64,000 nucleotides of DNA from an uncultured Candidatus Saccharibacteria bacterium (GTDB taxonomy: Bacteria; Patescibacteriota; Saccharimonadia; Saccharimonadales; JBBQAJ01): NCBI GenBank assembly GCA_964593805.1, contig CAZQHP010000001.1:64091-128090 (forward strand). The letters run 5' to 3'. Positions within the stretch are counted from its first letter, which is position 1. Every line of letters begins with the position of its first letter. The notes under the pieces are model-generated. The model saw only the letters and a program-made list of their open reading frames with translations, had not been told where the DNA came from and did not search any database. Shown here piece after piece: positions 51,314 through 61,127 of this stretch. The translations under genes were made by a program, and so were the position numbers.

Positions 51314-52428
51314 CGGGAATTTTTGGAGGCAATGCCCGAGTTGGCTAGAAAATCCCTGTAGCAATTATCGAAAGTATATCGTTTGCTTGATTCCCACGCT
51401 GCTTGGCGCAACGCCTTGTAGCGGCCAGGATTGTTTACTAATTGGTTTATGGCGTTTCCAAGGGCGTGCTCATCGCCGGAAGGCGCTAGTAAGCCCGTTT
51501 TGCCATCGGTAATGCTGTCGCGCAGCCCGTCGCAATCATATGCTACGGCTGGAGTACCCTGGCTGTTCGCTTCAGTGACTACAAGGCCCCAGCCTTCCTT
51601 GACGGAAGTGACCAAAATTAATGACGCTTCCCGCATGGCTTCCAAACGCTGCTCGGAATTTACACGACCCAATACCTTGATTGCTTCATGATGCCTTGAG
51701 CGTTCAACATAACGCATGACTTTTTGGGCATATGCGCCACCATTGTCACCAGCGACCGTTAGTTGCAGTGCAGGATTATTGTCGCGTGCATATTCAAAAC
51801 TCTTAACCGCACTCAATGTACGCTTCATGGGTCGTATAGCTCCAAGCACCAAAACGTTATTATGACTTGGCTTTGGAGCCAATACTTTAAGTGGCTCAAT
51901 ATCAATCCCAACTCTTAAGACTTTTGTTTTGCTGAGGGAAAATCCATAACGGTGCAAATCCTGGCGAGTACTTTCGGATTCAGTCAACACGGTCTGATAA
52001 ACCCGAGACAGCGTGAATAAATACAGCGGCTCAATCAAATAACCAACCACAGAAAGAGGAAATGGCATTTGGTAAAACCAAACTTTGCGCGCTAACTGAT
52101 AAGTAAGCAAAATGCTTTTTTTACGAGTGTAAAAGCCGCAGCCGAACGGAATTGTATTCATTTCATCAACGACAACCTCAGCCCAGTTTTTCAGCTTTTT
52201 TCTGTATAACCAAAACGCTCTAGCGTAAACACTTACCCTATTGCCAACCCTTGTGATTCTGACTCCATCTATAGTTTCACTAGCCAAGGACGCAGGGTAA
52301 CGAGCCGTAATTAAACACACTTCGTGCCCATCCCGCACCAGACTTTTCATAAGATGCCATGATATGTTTTCAGCTCCGCCTGCCTGCGGATGCCGGATGT
52401 CCTTCCAGGAAAACCAAACAATGTTCAT
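51310..52428 (-). CDS. Glycosyltransferase family 4
   Basis: N-terminus WKDIRHPQAGGAE and C-terminal motif TSVKEGWGLVVTEANSQGTPAVAYD. Confidence 0.8.
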   Translation of the reverse strand: MNIVWFSWKDIRHPQAGGAENISWHLMKSLVRDGHEVCLITARYPASLASETIDGVRITRVGNRVSVYARAFWLYRKKLKNWAEVVVDEMNTIPFGCGFYTRKKSILLTYQLARKVWFYQMPFPLSVVGYLIEPLYLFTLSRVYQTVLTESESTRQDLHRYGFSLSKTKVLRVGIDIEPLKVLAPKPSHNNVLVLGAIRPMKRTLSAVKSFEYARDNNPALQLTVAGDNGGAYAQKVMRYVERSRHHEAIKVLGRVNSEQRLEAMREASLILVTSVKEGWGLVVTEANSQGTPAVAYDCDGLRDSITDGKTGLLAPSGDEHALGNAINQLVNNPGRYKALRQAAWESSKRYTFDNCYRDFLANSGIASKNSR

Positions 52429-53372
52429 TTCGATTTTCGGGCAATGATATACAACGGTCGGTTCTGTGTTTCGTTATGTATACTTTCAATGTAGAGCGCC
52501 AGCAGCCACTGGCAAATCAAAACAAGGCCGACAAGAAAACTCAACAATAAGGCTAACATGGCTGTTCCAGTAACTTCCAAATTTAGCGGGTCGTCTAGTA
52601 TGTAGGATTCAACTGCCAAGAAGATGCCCAGAATGCTAGACAAAATAGTAACAATAAATCCCAAGAAACCCGTAACCAGCAAGGGCTTTGTTGACTGGGA
52701 TGTAAAGGAGTGAAGGGCCAGCTTAACGAGCTTGCTAAAACTATAAGTGGCGGTACCGCCATGCCTTTGAGGGGAAACGAAAGGCACATAGCTTCTCTGA
52801 AAGCCCAGCCAGTCAATCAAGCCACGGGTGAGGCGATTACGCTCAGTTAGCTTGCTAAACTCATCGGCCACCCTACGGTCAATAAGCCGAAAATCGGTGG
52901 CTCCAGAAACTGAACCGGTATCCGTCAGAAGGTTTAATATGGCATTATGAAGTTTTGATCCGTAGCGTTTTATGAAGCCCTCGTTTTTATTTTGTGTCCG
53001 GACGCCAATTACGACGTCAGAACCCCGCCGCCACTCAGCTAAAAAGGAATCAATTAATTCCACTGGATGCTGACCGTCGGCATCAATCATAACTACTACA
53101 TCCCCATTGCTTTGTTGTATCCCAGCACTGGTGGCTACTTCTTTGCCAAAGTTTCTTGACAGGCTTATAAATTGCACATCTTTGTCTTTTTTGACCAGAT
53201 CCTCAATAATATCTAACGACCCATCATTGCTGCCGTCATCTATATATATAATTTCTTTTTTGATCCGGTACTTGTTGAAAAAATTTACAATTTTATCATG
53301 GTGCCATGCTAAATTGTTGGCTTCGTTATGAACCGGTACAACTAAACTAAGTAAATTGGGTTTTTGACGCAT
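52425..53372 (-). CDS. GT2 polyprenyl-phosphate glycosyltransferase (GtrB/ArnC/CsbB/DPM1-like) with two C-terminal TM helices
   Basis: LSLVVPVHNEANNL, YIDDGSNDGS, MIDADGQHP, then the TMs KPLLVTGFLGFIVTILSSILGIFLAV and MLALLLSFLVGLVLICQWLLALYI. Confidence 0.82.
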   Translation of the reverse strand: MRQKPNLLSLVVPVHNEANNLAWHHDKIVNFFNKYRIKKEIIYIDDGSNDGSLDIIEDLVKKDKDVQFISLSRNFGKEVATSAGIQQSNGDVVVMIDADGQHPVELIDSFLAEWRRGSDVVIGVRTQNKNEGFIKRYGSKLHNAILNLLTDTGSVSGATDFRLIDRRVADEFSKLTERNRLTRGLIDWLGFQRSYVPFVSPQRHGGTATYSFSKLVKLALHSFTSQSTKPLLVTGFLGFIVTILSSILGIFLAVESYILDDPLNLEVTGTAMLALLLSFLVGLVLICQWLLALYIESIHNETQNRPLYIIARKSK

Positions 53373-53424
53373 AATCCTCTATTCCTAATATAATACTGTA
53401 ATATATGAGGAAGAAGCCAATTTA

Positions 53425-54465
53425 ATGCCCAAAAAATCAACAGTATCATCTAGTTCATCTATAACGCTCTCCGTTGTAATGCCGGCATACAATGCTGAAA
53501 AATGGCTGTCTGTGTCGGTACCAAAAATAGCCGCGGCCATCAAAAATGCCGATATTGATCAAGCAGAAATAATTATTGTCGACGATGGTTCTTCGGACGA
53601 CACGGCCGAAGTCGCCAAGTCTCTTAATATAACTTTTCCGGTACAGGTTATCACTCAGAAAAATAGCGGTAGATTTGCTGCCAGATATGCGGGGACTCGA
53701 GCAGCTAAATACAAGTATGTACTTTTCATAGATACGCGTATTTTTATTGGAGAAAATGCACTCAAATATATCACTCGAAAAATTAAGGATTCTGCAAACA
53801 AAGTAGTTTGGACCAGCCATGTGATTATTGAAAGAAAAGGCAACCCCTATGCCCGATTCTGGGAAGCCCTAACTTTTATTGCCTGGAGAAAATATTTTGC
53901 AAATCCGCGTGAATGTTCGTATGGAATCCGGGAATTCGACCATTACCCGAAGGGTACGACTTGCTTTTTTGCGCCTAAAGAAACAATCATGGAAGCTTCA
54001 GAATGGTTTAAGAAAAATACCAAAAACAGCAAAGCTTCAAATGATGACACACTGTTAATACGGCGCATTGCGGAAAATAATCGCATCAACCTAAGCCCTG
54101 ATTTCTACTGCAGATATCATGCCAGGACTAATTTAAAACAATTTGCCAAACACGTTTTTCATAGGGGCAAAGTTTTTGTTGACGGTTTCCTGAGGCGAGA
54201 TGGTAACCGTTTCTTCTGGCCGCTGGTCGGCTTCTTGGTGTTGTCTGTTGCAACTCCAGTTTTTCTAATAATATCTCCCCAGTACGTATTCACTACACTT
54301 GTTTTTCTTGCTTTGGGATGGTTCATAGAGCTTATAATTGCCCTGTTAGTAAAAGTTCCAACCAAGGACGCTCTGAGCCTTTTTGTCCTTAGCCCGTTGT
54401 TCGCAGTGGTTTATGGTGCAGGTATTTGGTTGGCCGTGTTCGATATATACGTTCGAAGAAAATAA
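53425..54465 (+). CDS. Glycosyltransferase family 2 with a C-terminal membrane region
   Basis: LSVVMPAYNAEKWL and IVDDGSSDDT, followed by C-terminal hydrophobic helices. Confidence 0.8.
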   Translation: MPKKSTVSSSSSITLSVVMPAYNAEKWLSVSVPKIAAAIKNADIDQAEIIIVDDGSSDDTAEVAKSLNITFPVQVITQKNSGRFAARYAGTRAAKYKYVLFIDTRIFIGENALKYITRKIKDSANKVVWTSHVIIERKGNPYARFWEALTFIAWRKYFANPRECSYGIREFDHYPKGTTCFFAPKETIMEASEWFKKNTKNSKASNDDTLLIRRIAENNRINLSPDFYCRYHARTNLKQFAKHVFHRGKVFVDGFLRRDGNRFFWPLVGFLVLSVATPVFLIISPQYVFTTLVFLALGWFIELIIALLVKVPTKDALSLFVLSPLFAVVYGAGIWLAVFDIYVRRK

Positions 54466-54560
54466 TTCTTAAAGCAATAAATTATATACAGTACGATTGG
54501 TTATGCTCGCTGGATAGAGTGGTATACTAAGTTTTTATTCGTATGTGTTAGGGAAATCCT

Positions 54561-55331
54561 ATGATTAATTATATCGTCAGACTACTCGTCAGCTCACCTT
54601 TCTATCCTCATTGGATTGAACATCTGAAAATGAAACAGGGGAATAAAATAGTTTTGAAAGGTATAAAAGGTGAAGTACTTGAAGTGGGGGCAGGAGATGG
54701 CTCTAGGAAAGCTGTGATTATGAATGATTTTCCCGGAATTAAAAAATACGTAGCAACTGATTATTCCAGTTGGGATAAAGAATTTGATGGTGATGGAGCC
54801 AAGATGGCTCGCTATGGAAAGGCTGCTGAAATTTTTATGAGCCGTAAAAAAAGATCTAAACTGGATAGAATATGCAGCGCAACAGATCTACCGTTCAAAA
54901 ATGGCAGTTTTGACACACATCTTAGCTTCGAAGTACTAGAACATATATACGACCCAAAAACATATTTTTCTGAAGCGGCAAGGGTAGTAAAAAAGAAAGG
55001 TAAAGTAATCTTTTCGGTACCTTTTATGTACCGGGAGCATACTATGGATTATCAGCGCTATACGAGGGCTTTTATTACAAGGATTGCCGAAGAAAACCAA
55101 CTAAAAGTAAAACTTCTGTATAGCAATACTGGCTTTGGGACGACAATGGCAGTATTCACAAACCAATGGATAGTCAGGCGTATAATTGAAGGCCCCATAT
55201 TTATAAAACCGTTACTACTATTACTCTCGCCAGCGCTTTTTTTGATTAGCAATACACTTGGTTGGATTATTGATCTAAAACCAGACCATCGATTCGCTAC
55301 AAGATATCACGTGGTGTTAAAAAAACCGTAG
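54561..55331 (+). CDS. Class I SAM-dependent methyltransferase with a C-terminal hydrophobic segment
   Basis: Motif I is VLEVGAGDGS, and the post-I/II region includes FDTHLSFEVLEHI. Confidence 0.75.
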   Translation: MINYIVRLLVSSPFYPHWIEHLKMKQGNKIVLKGIKGEVLEVGAGDGSRKAVIMNDFPGIKKYVATDYSSWDKEFDGDGAKMARYGKAAEIFMSRKKRSKLDRICSATDLPFKNGSFDTHLSFEVLEHIYDPKTYFSEAARVVKKKGKVIFSVPFMYREHTMDYQRYTRAFITRIAEENQLKVKLLYSNTGFGTTMAVFTNQWIVRRIIEGPIFIKPLLLLLSPALFLISNTLGWIIDLKPDHRFATRYHVVLKKP

Positions 55332-55364
55332 ATAGTTGACGATGTTGGTTCAAACTAGACTCGT

Positions 55365-56612
55365 CTAGCGTTTTACGGTTTTAGCAATTCTGAGTAAAAT
55401 ACCATATGATGCCATGCCAGCCAAAAGGCTAAGCCAGAGCGTACGTATCATTTCGAGTGGCGTGTTTGAGAAAAGTAACGGCATTAAAATACTGAATACA
55501 AGTACGAGCCCTGCAAGCAGGATGGAGCTTTTTTGGCGACACAACAGCAAATAGAATCCATACAATGTTATTGCAACTAGCGTAAGTTGATAAAGTGTCG
55601 CAAAGATAAGAAGGTTGCCTTGATTGGCGAAGCTGGCTCCCAGCAGTAACTTGGCCAAAAAGCTCTTGAAAACCAATTCTACCGAAAGAGCCACCAGACC
55701 AAGCATTGCGAGCAACTTATAGCCCGTAACCAGCATGCGCCGATTATTTGCCCGATTTTCTATCTCTATCTCGGGCAGTATTATCCAAATCAGCAAAAAA
55801 CAGACGTAATAAAGGGCATTGCTCAAAATGCTTATACCGCTGTAGACACCTGCAACGGCAGGGTCAAATAATGCCTTTGCCAGAATAATGTCGTAGTTTT
55901 GCAAGAAGCTAAGCACGCCCACCACCAACAGGCATAATAGTATATAGCTCTTCAGGCCGATAATAAATCTGTGTTCCTCGGAGCCGCTTTTTTTGAAAAG
56001 CGAGCCAATGCTCGGCAGTCTAACGCCCGGAACTAGGCGCAAAACAACCAGTCCTACCAAGGCCCCACATAATATTCCAAGTAAACCTCCGTTTGAACCA
56101 AAGGCTATTGCCAACATGCTGGCAAATATAAACTTTGCCAACGCCGCACTAATATTAAATCCGCCGACTCTGACCAGCTCCTTATTGCCCTGTAGATAGC
56201 CAGTCCAGATTATTCCGGGTATTGCGGTCAAAAGAATTAGTGCAAGTATAAAAAACGAGCTTATATCTTGGACTCGCAATAGATTACGCAAATAAGGCGA
56301 CGCAACCAGCATAGTTGCAGTGGCACCTAGAAATACCCAAATAAGGAATTTCTGAATTACCTGTGCGTGATTTCTGGCTTTTTCTTCTTCGTGAGCCTTT
56401 ACCAGATAGATAGATATAATATTAAAAGCCAATAAAATACCCAGTATCTGGTTAGATATGGCGACAATTACAGCAAAATCCCCAAATTCTTTGGCGCTCA
56501 GAGTTCGAACCAGAACAGGGTACAGGGCATAGTTAAACAGCGCACCCGTGAGGGAAAGAACACCGAAAAGCCCTGACCGCACATAGAAATTTGATAATTT
56601 GAAATCTTTCAC
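55365..56612 (-). CDS. Polysaccharide biosynthesis/oligosaccharide flippase (Wzx-like, MOP superfamily)
   Basis: 415 aa, almost entirely hydrophobic helices (about 12), sitting in a glycan locus. Confidence 0.7.
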   Translation of the reverse strand: MKDFKLSNFYVRSGLFGVLSLTGALFNYALYPVLVRTLSAKEFGDFAVIVAISNQILGILLAFNIISIYLVKAHEEEKARNHAQVIQKFLIWVFLGATATMLVASPYLRNLLRVQDISSFFILALILLTAIPGIIWTGYLQGNKELVRVGGFNISAALAKFIFASMLAIAFGSNGGLLGILCGALVGLVVLRLVPGVRLPSIGSLFKKSGSEEHRFIIGLKSYILLCLLVVGVLSFLQNYDIILAKALFDPAVAGVYSGISILSNALYYVCFLLIWIILPEIEIENRANNRRMLVTGYKLLAMLGLVALSVELVFKSFLAKLLLGASFANQGNLLIFATLYQLTLVAITLYGFYLLLCRQKSSILLAGLVLVFSILMPLLFSNTPLEMIRTLWLSLLAGMASYGILLRIAKTVKR

Positions 56613-56738
56613 TTGATATCAATAATAGTTGAAAAAAAGGCTAGTTCCTAGCGGGCAAGCAATACCAGGCTATTAAATGAGGCGTTAATCGTCCAGGGGC
56701 TTTATACTGGCATAAGACTAAATGACGAAAGGCAGGTA

Positions 56739-57881
56739 ATGAAAATCAGCGAAGCTACATTTACAATTATAGCCAATGGCTTTGCGGACGGGCCGGCTCA
56801 GCCGCTAAGGGATTATCTGCTGGAGCATAAAGCCAAGAAACTTATAATGGTGAATCACCCGCTTGTTGCCGAGGGAAGCAACAAGCACATTGTAGCTATC
56901 TACGTAAAAGGTAAGCTGAAGAGCCACAAAAAATACAAATTACCTAACAAACCTCCCTACACGTTTGCTTTTGATCCCTTGGTGCCGTTGAAGCTGCCTA
57001 AAAGCGATGCCTGGTTTGGCTTTAACAATCTAGCCACGCTCAGGGGGTTGCGGCACAAGAAACACGGCAAAGCTCAAAAAGTTTATTATTGGGCGGTCGA
57101 TTTTGTTCCTAATAGGTTCGGGAACAATATACTAACCAAGATATATAACAAGGTAGATAAAAAAGTTAGCATGCAGGCTGATGCTCGTATCGAACTTGCG
57201 GAAACCGCAGTTGCAAAACGAGCTAAATATTTAAACCTGGATACCAACAAAACGGCACCAACCATAACAGTGCCCATGGGTACTTGGCTTGAGAGAACGC
57301 CTAAAATAAAAGATACGGCCTGGAAAAGCAAAAAAGTCGTTTACCTTGGGCACTTGGTTGAGAGACAGGGCGTTGCGACGTTAATCAAAGCCTTGGGAAT
57401 GATAATCAAAGAAGACCCAGGCGTAACGGCCGATATAATTGGAGGCGGGCCGCTTGCTGATAGCCTGAAGGCTCAAGCAAAAGAACTGGGCATAGCCAAA
57501 AAAGTAACTTTCCATGGTTTTGTAAAAGATCATCAAGACGTAGAGGCAATACTGGCAAAAGCCACTGTAGCCGCAGCGCCATATGTTAAAGACGAAGCTA
57601 GTTTTACCCAGTTTGCCGACCCTGGGAAAATTAAAGCATACCTAGGCGCTAACTTACCGGTCGTGCTTACGGACGTTCCGCCAAATGCCCGCGAGCTGGA
57701 AGCAAGTGGCGCAGCTTTAGTTGTAGAAGACAGCCCAGAAGCTGTTGCGGCTGGTCTGCAAGAGTTGCTGCAAAACCAGGTAAAATGGCAATCTGCGCAT
57801 AAGGCTGCTGCAAAACTAGCCCAAGAATTTGACTGGAATAACTTGCTCAAACGCGCACTGAGCAAACTAGGATTTGAATAA
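56739..57881 (+). CDS. Glycosyltransferase, GT-B fold (GT4-like, divergent)
   Basis: Length and C-terminal half (VVYLGHLVERQGV...FHGFVKDHQDV...) resemble GT1-domain proteins. The EX7E-type motif is not canonical. Confidence 0.6.
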   Translation: MKISEATFTIIANGFADGPAQPLRDYLLEHKAKKLIMVNHPLVAEGSNKHIVAIYVKGKLKSHKKYKLPNKPPYTFAFDPLVPLKLPKSDAWFGFNNLATLRGLRHKKHGKAQKVYYWAVDFVPNRFGNNILTKIYNKVDKKVSMQADARIELAETAVAKRAKYLNLDTNKTAPTITVPMGTWLERTPKIKDTAWKSKKVVYLGHLVERQGVATLIKALGMIIKEDPGVTADIIGGGPLADSLKAQAKELGIAKKVTFHGFVKDHQDVEAILAKATVAAAPYVKDEASFTQFADPGKIKAYLGANLPVVLTDVPPNARELEASGAALVVEDSPEAVAAGLQELLQNQVKWQSAHKAAAKLAQEFDWNNLLKRALSKLGFE

Positions 57882-57883
57882 AA

Positions 57884-58825
57884 TTACTTTGTAGCCAAGC
57901 CTGACTCGTCAACAAACCATGCATAAGTTTGCTTCAGGCCTTCTTCAAAGGCAATCTTGTGGCGCCAGCCTAGCTCATGCAGTCTGCTTACATCCAAGAG
58001 TTTTTTTGGCATACCATCAGGTTTGCTGGTATCAAAAACCAGCTTACCGGTGTAGCCCACCGTATCCTTTATAATCTGGGCGAGTTCTTTTATAGACACA
58101 TCCACCCCAGTGCCGACATTTAGGAATTCTTTGTCCTGGTAGTTTTCCATAAGCCAAAACACCGCGTCGGCAAGATCATCGGTATGCAGAAATTCTCGCC
58201 GGCTATTGCCGGAACCCCAGATTATAACCTCGGGAGCCTTGGCAACTTTTGCGTCGTGCATGCGGCGCATAAGCGCTGGTATGACGTGCGATGATTCAAA
58301 ATCAAAGTTGTCCCCCTGGCCGTATATGTTTGTTGGCATGCATGATATGAAATTAAGACCATGCTCAACATGAATATATTCGCAGAGTTTCATGCCGGCA
58401 ATTTTTGCGATTGCATAAGCTTCATTTGTTGGCTCTGGCTTGCCTTCAAAGAAATAATCTTCTTTCATCGGTTGTTTGCAGTTTCTAGGATAGATACAGG
58501 AACTACCCAGGAACAGCAGTTTCTTGGTTTTGAATTTCAGAGCCGACCACATCACATTGTTTTGTATCTGCAGGTTTTCGTACAGGAATTCAGCGGGGTA
58601 CGTCATATTAGCTTTGATGCCCCCGACTCTGGCGGCTGCCAAAATAACATAGTCCGGTTTTTCTGATTCAAATAAATCATTCACGGCCTTTGGGTCTGTC
58701 AGATCAAGTTCGGCATGAGTTTTCATGACCAAATTAGTGAATCCCTCGGCCTTCAGCCGCTTTGTGATACCCGACCCGACAAGTCCGCTATGACCGGCAA
58801 CGTAGATTTTATCCGTTTTGTTCAT
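57884..58825 (-). CDS. GDP-L-fucose synthase family enzyme (Fcl or ColC-type 3,5-epimerase/4-reductase)
   Basis: KIYVAGHSGLVGSGI, GSSCIYP and YAIAKIAG (YxxxK). It is translationally coupled (4-nt overlap) to the upstream 3-dehydratase-like gene. Confidence 0.85.
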   Translation of the reverse strand: MNKTDKIYVAGHSGLVGSGITKRLKAEGFTNLVMKTHAELDLTDPKAVNDLFESEKPDYVILAAARVGGIKANMTYPAEFLYENLQIQNNVMWSALKFKTKKLLFLGSSCIYPRNCKQPMKEDYFFEGKPEPTNEAYAIAKIAGMKLCEYIHVEHGLNFISCMPTNIYGQGDNFDFESSHVIPALMRRMHDAKVAKAPEVIIWGSGNSRREFLHTDDLADAVFWLMENYQDKEFLNVGTGVDVSIKELAQIIKDTVGYTGKLVFDTSKPDGMPKKLLDVSRLHELGWRHKIAFEEGLKQTYAWFVDESGLATK

Positions 58826-60042
58826 AGCTTTTTCAAAAGTTCCTGCAAGGTCTTAATCTCAGCAGAATTCATTTCGGCATTGTTGCCAAAATAAAATCCA
58901 TTGGCATGCACGATGTCCGAATTTGGGCAAGCAACCTCGTTTTTAGTATATTTTTGGTAAAATGGCTGCTTTGTCATGTTGCCTGCAATAACAGGGCGGA
59001 TCTCTACGCCCGCATCCATGAATTTTTGCTTGTATTGCTGGGCTGTAGCGTTGTCTTTGCAGATTATTGGCATAGCAAAATTCGACACGGTTTTCATGTG
59101 CGAAAGTTTGTATGTGAAGAAGTGGTCATTATCTCCGAGCGCCTTAGAAAATGATTCAAAATTTTTATGTCTTTGACTCACAATTTCGTCAAAATACTGA
59201 ATCTGCTGATTACCAAGAAAGCCATTAATTTCACTTGGCCGAGCATTATAGGCTAAATCATAAAATGTATATCGCGCATAGAATTCGTCTATGCCATATT
59301 GGTCGCGCAACTTTTTTTGATCGTCTGGGTTGAGGTTACGGTCCCAGCCATGGGCACGCCCCATGGTCAGGGCTTTGTATAGCTCCGGATCATCGGTGCA
59401 TATCATACCACCTTCAACGGTAGACATATGATGCCCTACAAAAAAAGAAAAAGTAGATGCCTGGCCAAAATTTCCCAGCAGCGTATCGCCCACTTTAGAA
59501 CCAAGTGATTCGCAATTATCCTCAAAGAAGACGATGCCCTTGCTATCACAAATGGTTTTTATTTTGTCTATTTCGTCAGCAAATCCAAGTACGTTGGTAA
59601 GAAAAAGCCCCTGAAGCTCATCTGCTTTTTCTTCCAATATAGCCGGCGAAACGTTTAGCGTGTCTGGATTGCAATCCAGCGGAACCGGCACCAGGCCCAG
59701 CTGGATTAACGGCATAACATTGGTTGGCCAAGTTAGAGCCGAAAAACCGACTTTGTCCCCGGGTTTAAGCTTGCCCAAGTTTATAAGAGCTTGTACAAGT
59801 AGTAGGTTTGCCGTGCTGCCACTGCTTACAAATACGGCGAACTCTCTGCCTTGTTTCTTGGCAAAGGCCGCTTCGAATTGCAAGCATTGTTCACCCATGC
59901 TCAGACGATCAGTTTCCAAAATAAACTTGGCTAAAGCCTGCTTTGTTTTTTTCTCATTATAAAAACTCGATTTCACGAGTTTGATCATGTGCTGTCCGGA
60001 ACTATACTTGTCTACCTTGCCAAGCCAGAAGTTCTTACTCAT
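58822..60042 (-). CDS. DegT/DnrJ/EryC1-fold sugar 3-dehydratase (ColD/E1-type, His in place of the Schiff-base Lys)
   Basis: SMGEQCLQFEAAFAKKQGREFAVFVSSGSTANLL, and STFSFFVGHHMSTVEGG, where aminotransferases carry SF...K...GEGG. The ATG at 59988 is an alternative start. Confidence 0.75.
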   Translation of the reverse strand: MSKNFWLGKVDKYSSGQHMIKLVKSSFYNEKKTKQALAKFILETDRLSMGEQCLQFEAAFAKKQGREFAVFVSSGSTANLLLVQALINLGKLKPGDKVGFSALTWPTNVMPLIQLGLVPVPLDCNPDTLNVSPAILEEKADELQGLFLTNVLGFADEIDKIKTICDSKGIVFFEDNCESLGSKVGDTLLGNFGQASTFSFFVGHHMSTVEGGMICTDDPELYKALTMGRAHGWDRNLNPDDQKKLRDQYGIDEFYARYTFYDLAYNARPSEINGFLGNQQIQYFDEIVSQRHKNFESFSKALGDNDHFFTYKLSHMKTVSNFAMPIICKDNATAQQYKQKFMDAGVEIRPVIAGNMTKQPFYQKYTKNEVACPNSDIVHANGFYFGNNAEMNSAEIKTLQELLKKL

Positions 60043-60088
60043 ATCAATCCAGTATACCTGAAAATTATGATATCGACCCGGAGGTCAT

Positions 60089-61048
60089 TCAGCGCCGTAA
60101 ACGACTGGAGGTATTTCCTTCCAGCAGGCGAATAAAGTGGACCGTAGCGATTAGAATGCTTTTTTGCTGCAGTGCACGTTTAGCCTGGAACTCGGGACTG
60201 TCTTGTTCAATTGCTGTCTGTTGGGCTGGATGCTTATACGCTACGGGCACGGACTGTACTCGATATTTTCGAGCCAAAGCGGCAATAATAGGCAAAAAGA
60301 TAGCGTTTGACCATAGATCAGGATGGTCTTTTGTTAGTCCTGACTGGCGTTCGCCAACAAACTCATACCGGTCTTCAAATAAACTGACTAATCCGGGCTC
60401 ATTCTTAAATATTCGCGGGCCAATCCAGGCGTCAAGCTGCTCGGCATGATCATCCAAAAGATGATGACGCCGCAGAATGCCATTCCATGCTTTGTTGCTT
60501 TCTTTTTCAAATTTGACTTGATAATCAGGATAAGTCCCGAAGCCGTCCCCGTCTCTGCTTGGTATTATGAGATCTGCTTTGTCTTCGAGGATTAACTTTG
60601 CCGGCTCAATTAAGCAATCACGAACCATCGATACTTTTTCTGGTTCTGTCCAACATATGACTTTTACACCATCCAACTTGCTGACCGACTCAAACGCCTG
60701 TCTTCGTCCGGCACTCATGCCTGGCTCAGACTGCGCCTCAACCACTACGCCAGTAGCTTCCAGGGCTTTTTTAAACTCCTCAGAGCTTCCCCCATCTACC
60801 ACCACAAATTTGTATCCTTGGGCTGCTGCAAGGCCGGCAGTGGTCAATGCCAAGTCACCGCGAACCTTATCTGAGGTTATAGGTCCGCCTTCCCCGGACC
60901 TCCAAGTAGGGTACAAGGTAGTAGTGGCTATACCGACCTGCTGAGCAATTTGTAGGCGCTCGGAGTCTGAAAAACTGGCAGTTTCATCTGTTGGCAGGAA
61001 GCTGCGTTCATGATTTGAGGCATTAGCCGCGGACGTACTCATTTCCAT
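60089..61048 (-). CDS. Hypothetical protein (possibly nucleotide-sugar-transferase-like)
   Basis: Continuous 319-aa ORF in the glycan locus. The weak pattern FVVVDGGSSEEF...DLIIPSRDGDG is not confidently assignable. Confidence 0.5.
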   Translation of the reverse strand: MEMSTSAANASNHERSFLPTDETASFSDSERLQIAQQVGIATTTLYPTWRSGEGGPITSDKVRGDLALTTAGLAAAQGYKFVVVDGGSSEEFKKALEATGVVVEAQSEPGMSAGRRQAFESVSKLDGVKVICWTEPEKVSMVRDCLIEPAKLILEDKADLIIPSRDGDGFGTYPDYQVKFEKESNKAWNGILRRHHLLDDHAEQLDAWIGPRIFKNEPGLVSLFEDRYEFVGERQSGLTKDHPDLWSNAIFLPIIAALARKYRVQSVPVAYKHPAQQTAIEQDSPEFQAKRALQQKSILIATVHFIRLLEGNTSSRLRR

Positions 61049-61127
61049 ATTATAGTAAATAATACGACTTTTGTCAATCTGCTCATAGTTTGCTAAGCTT
61101 GTAAGGATATCTGGAAAGGATTTTGAT

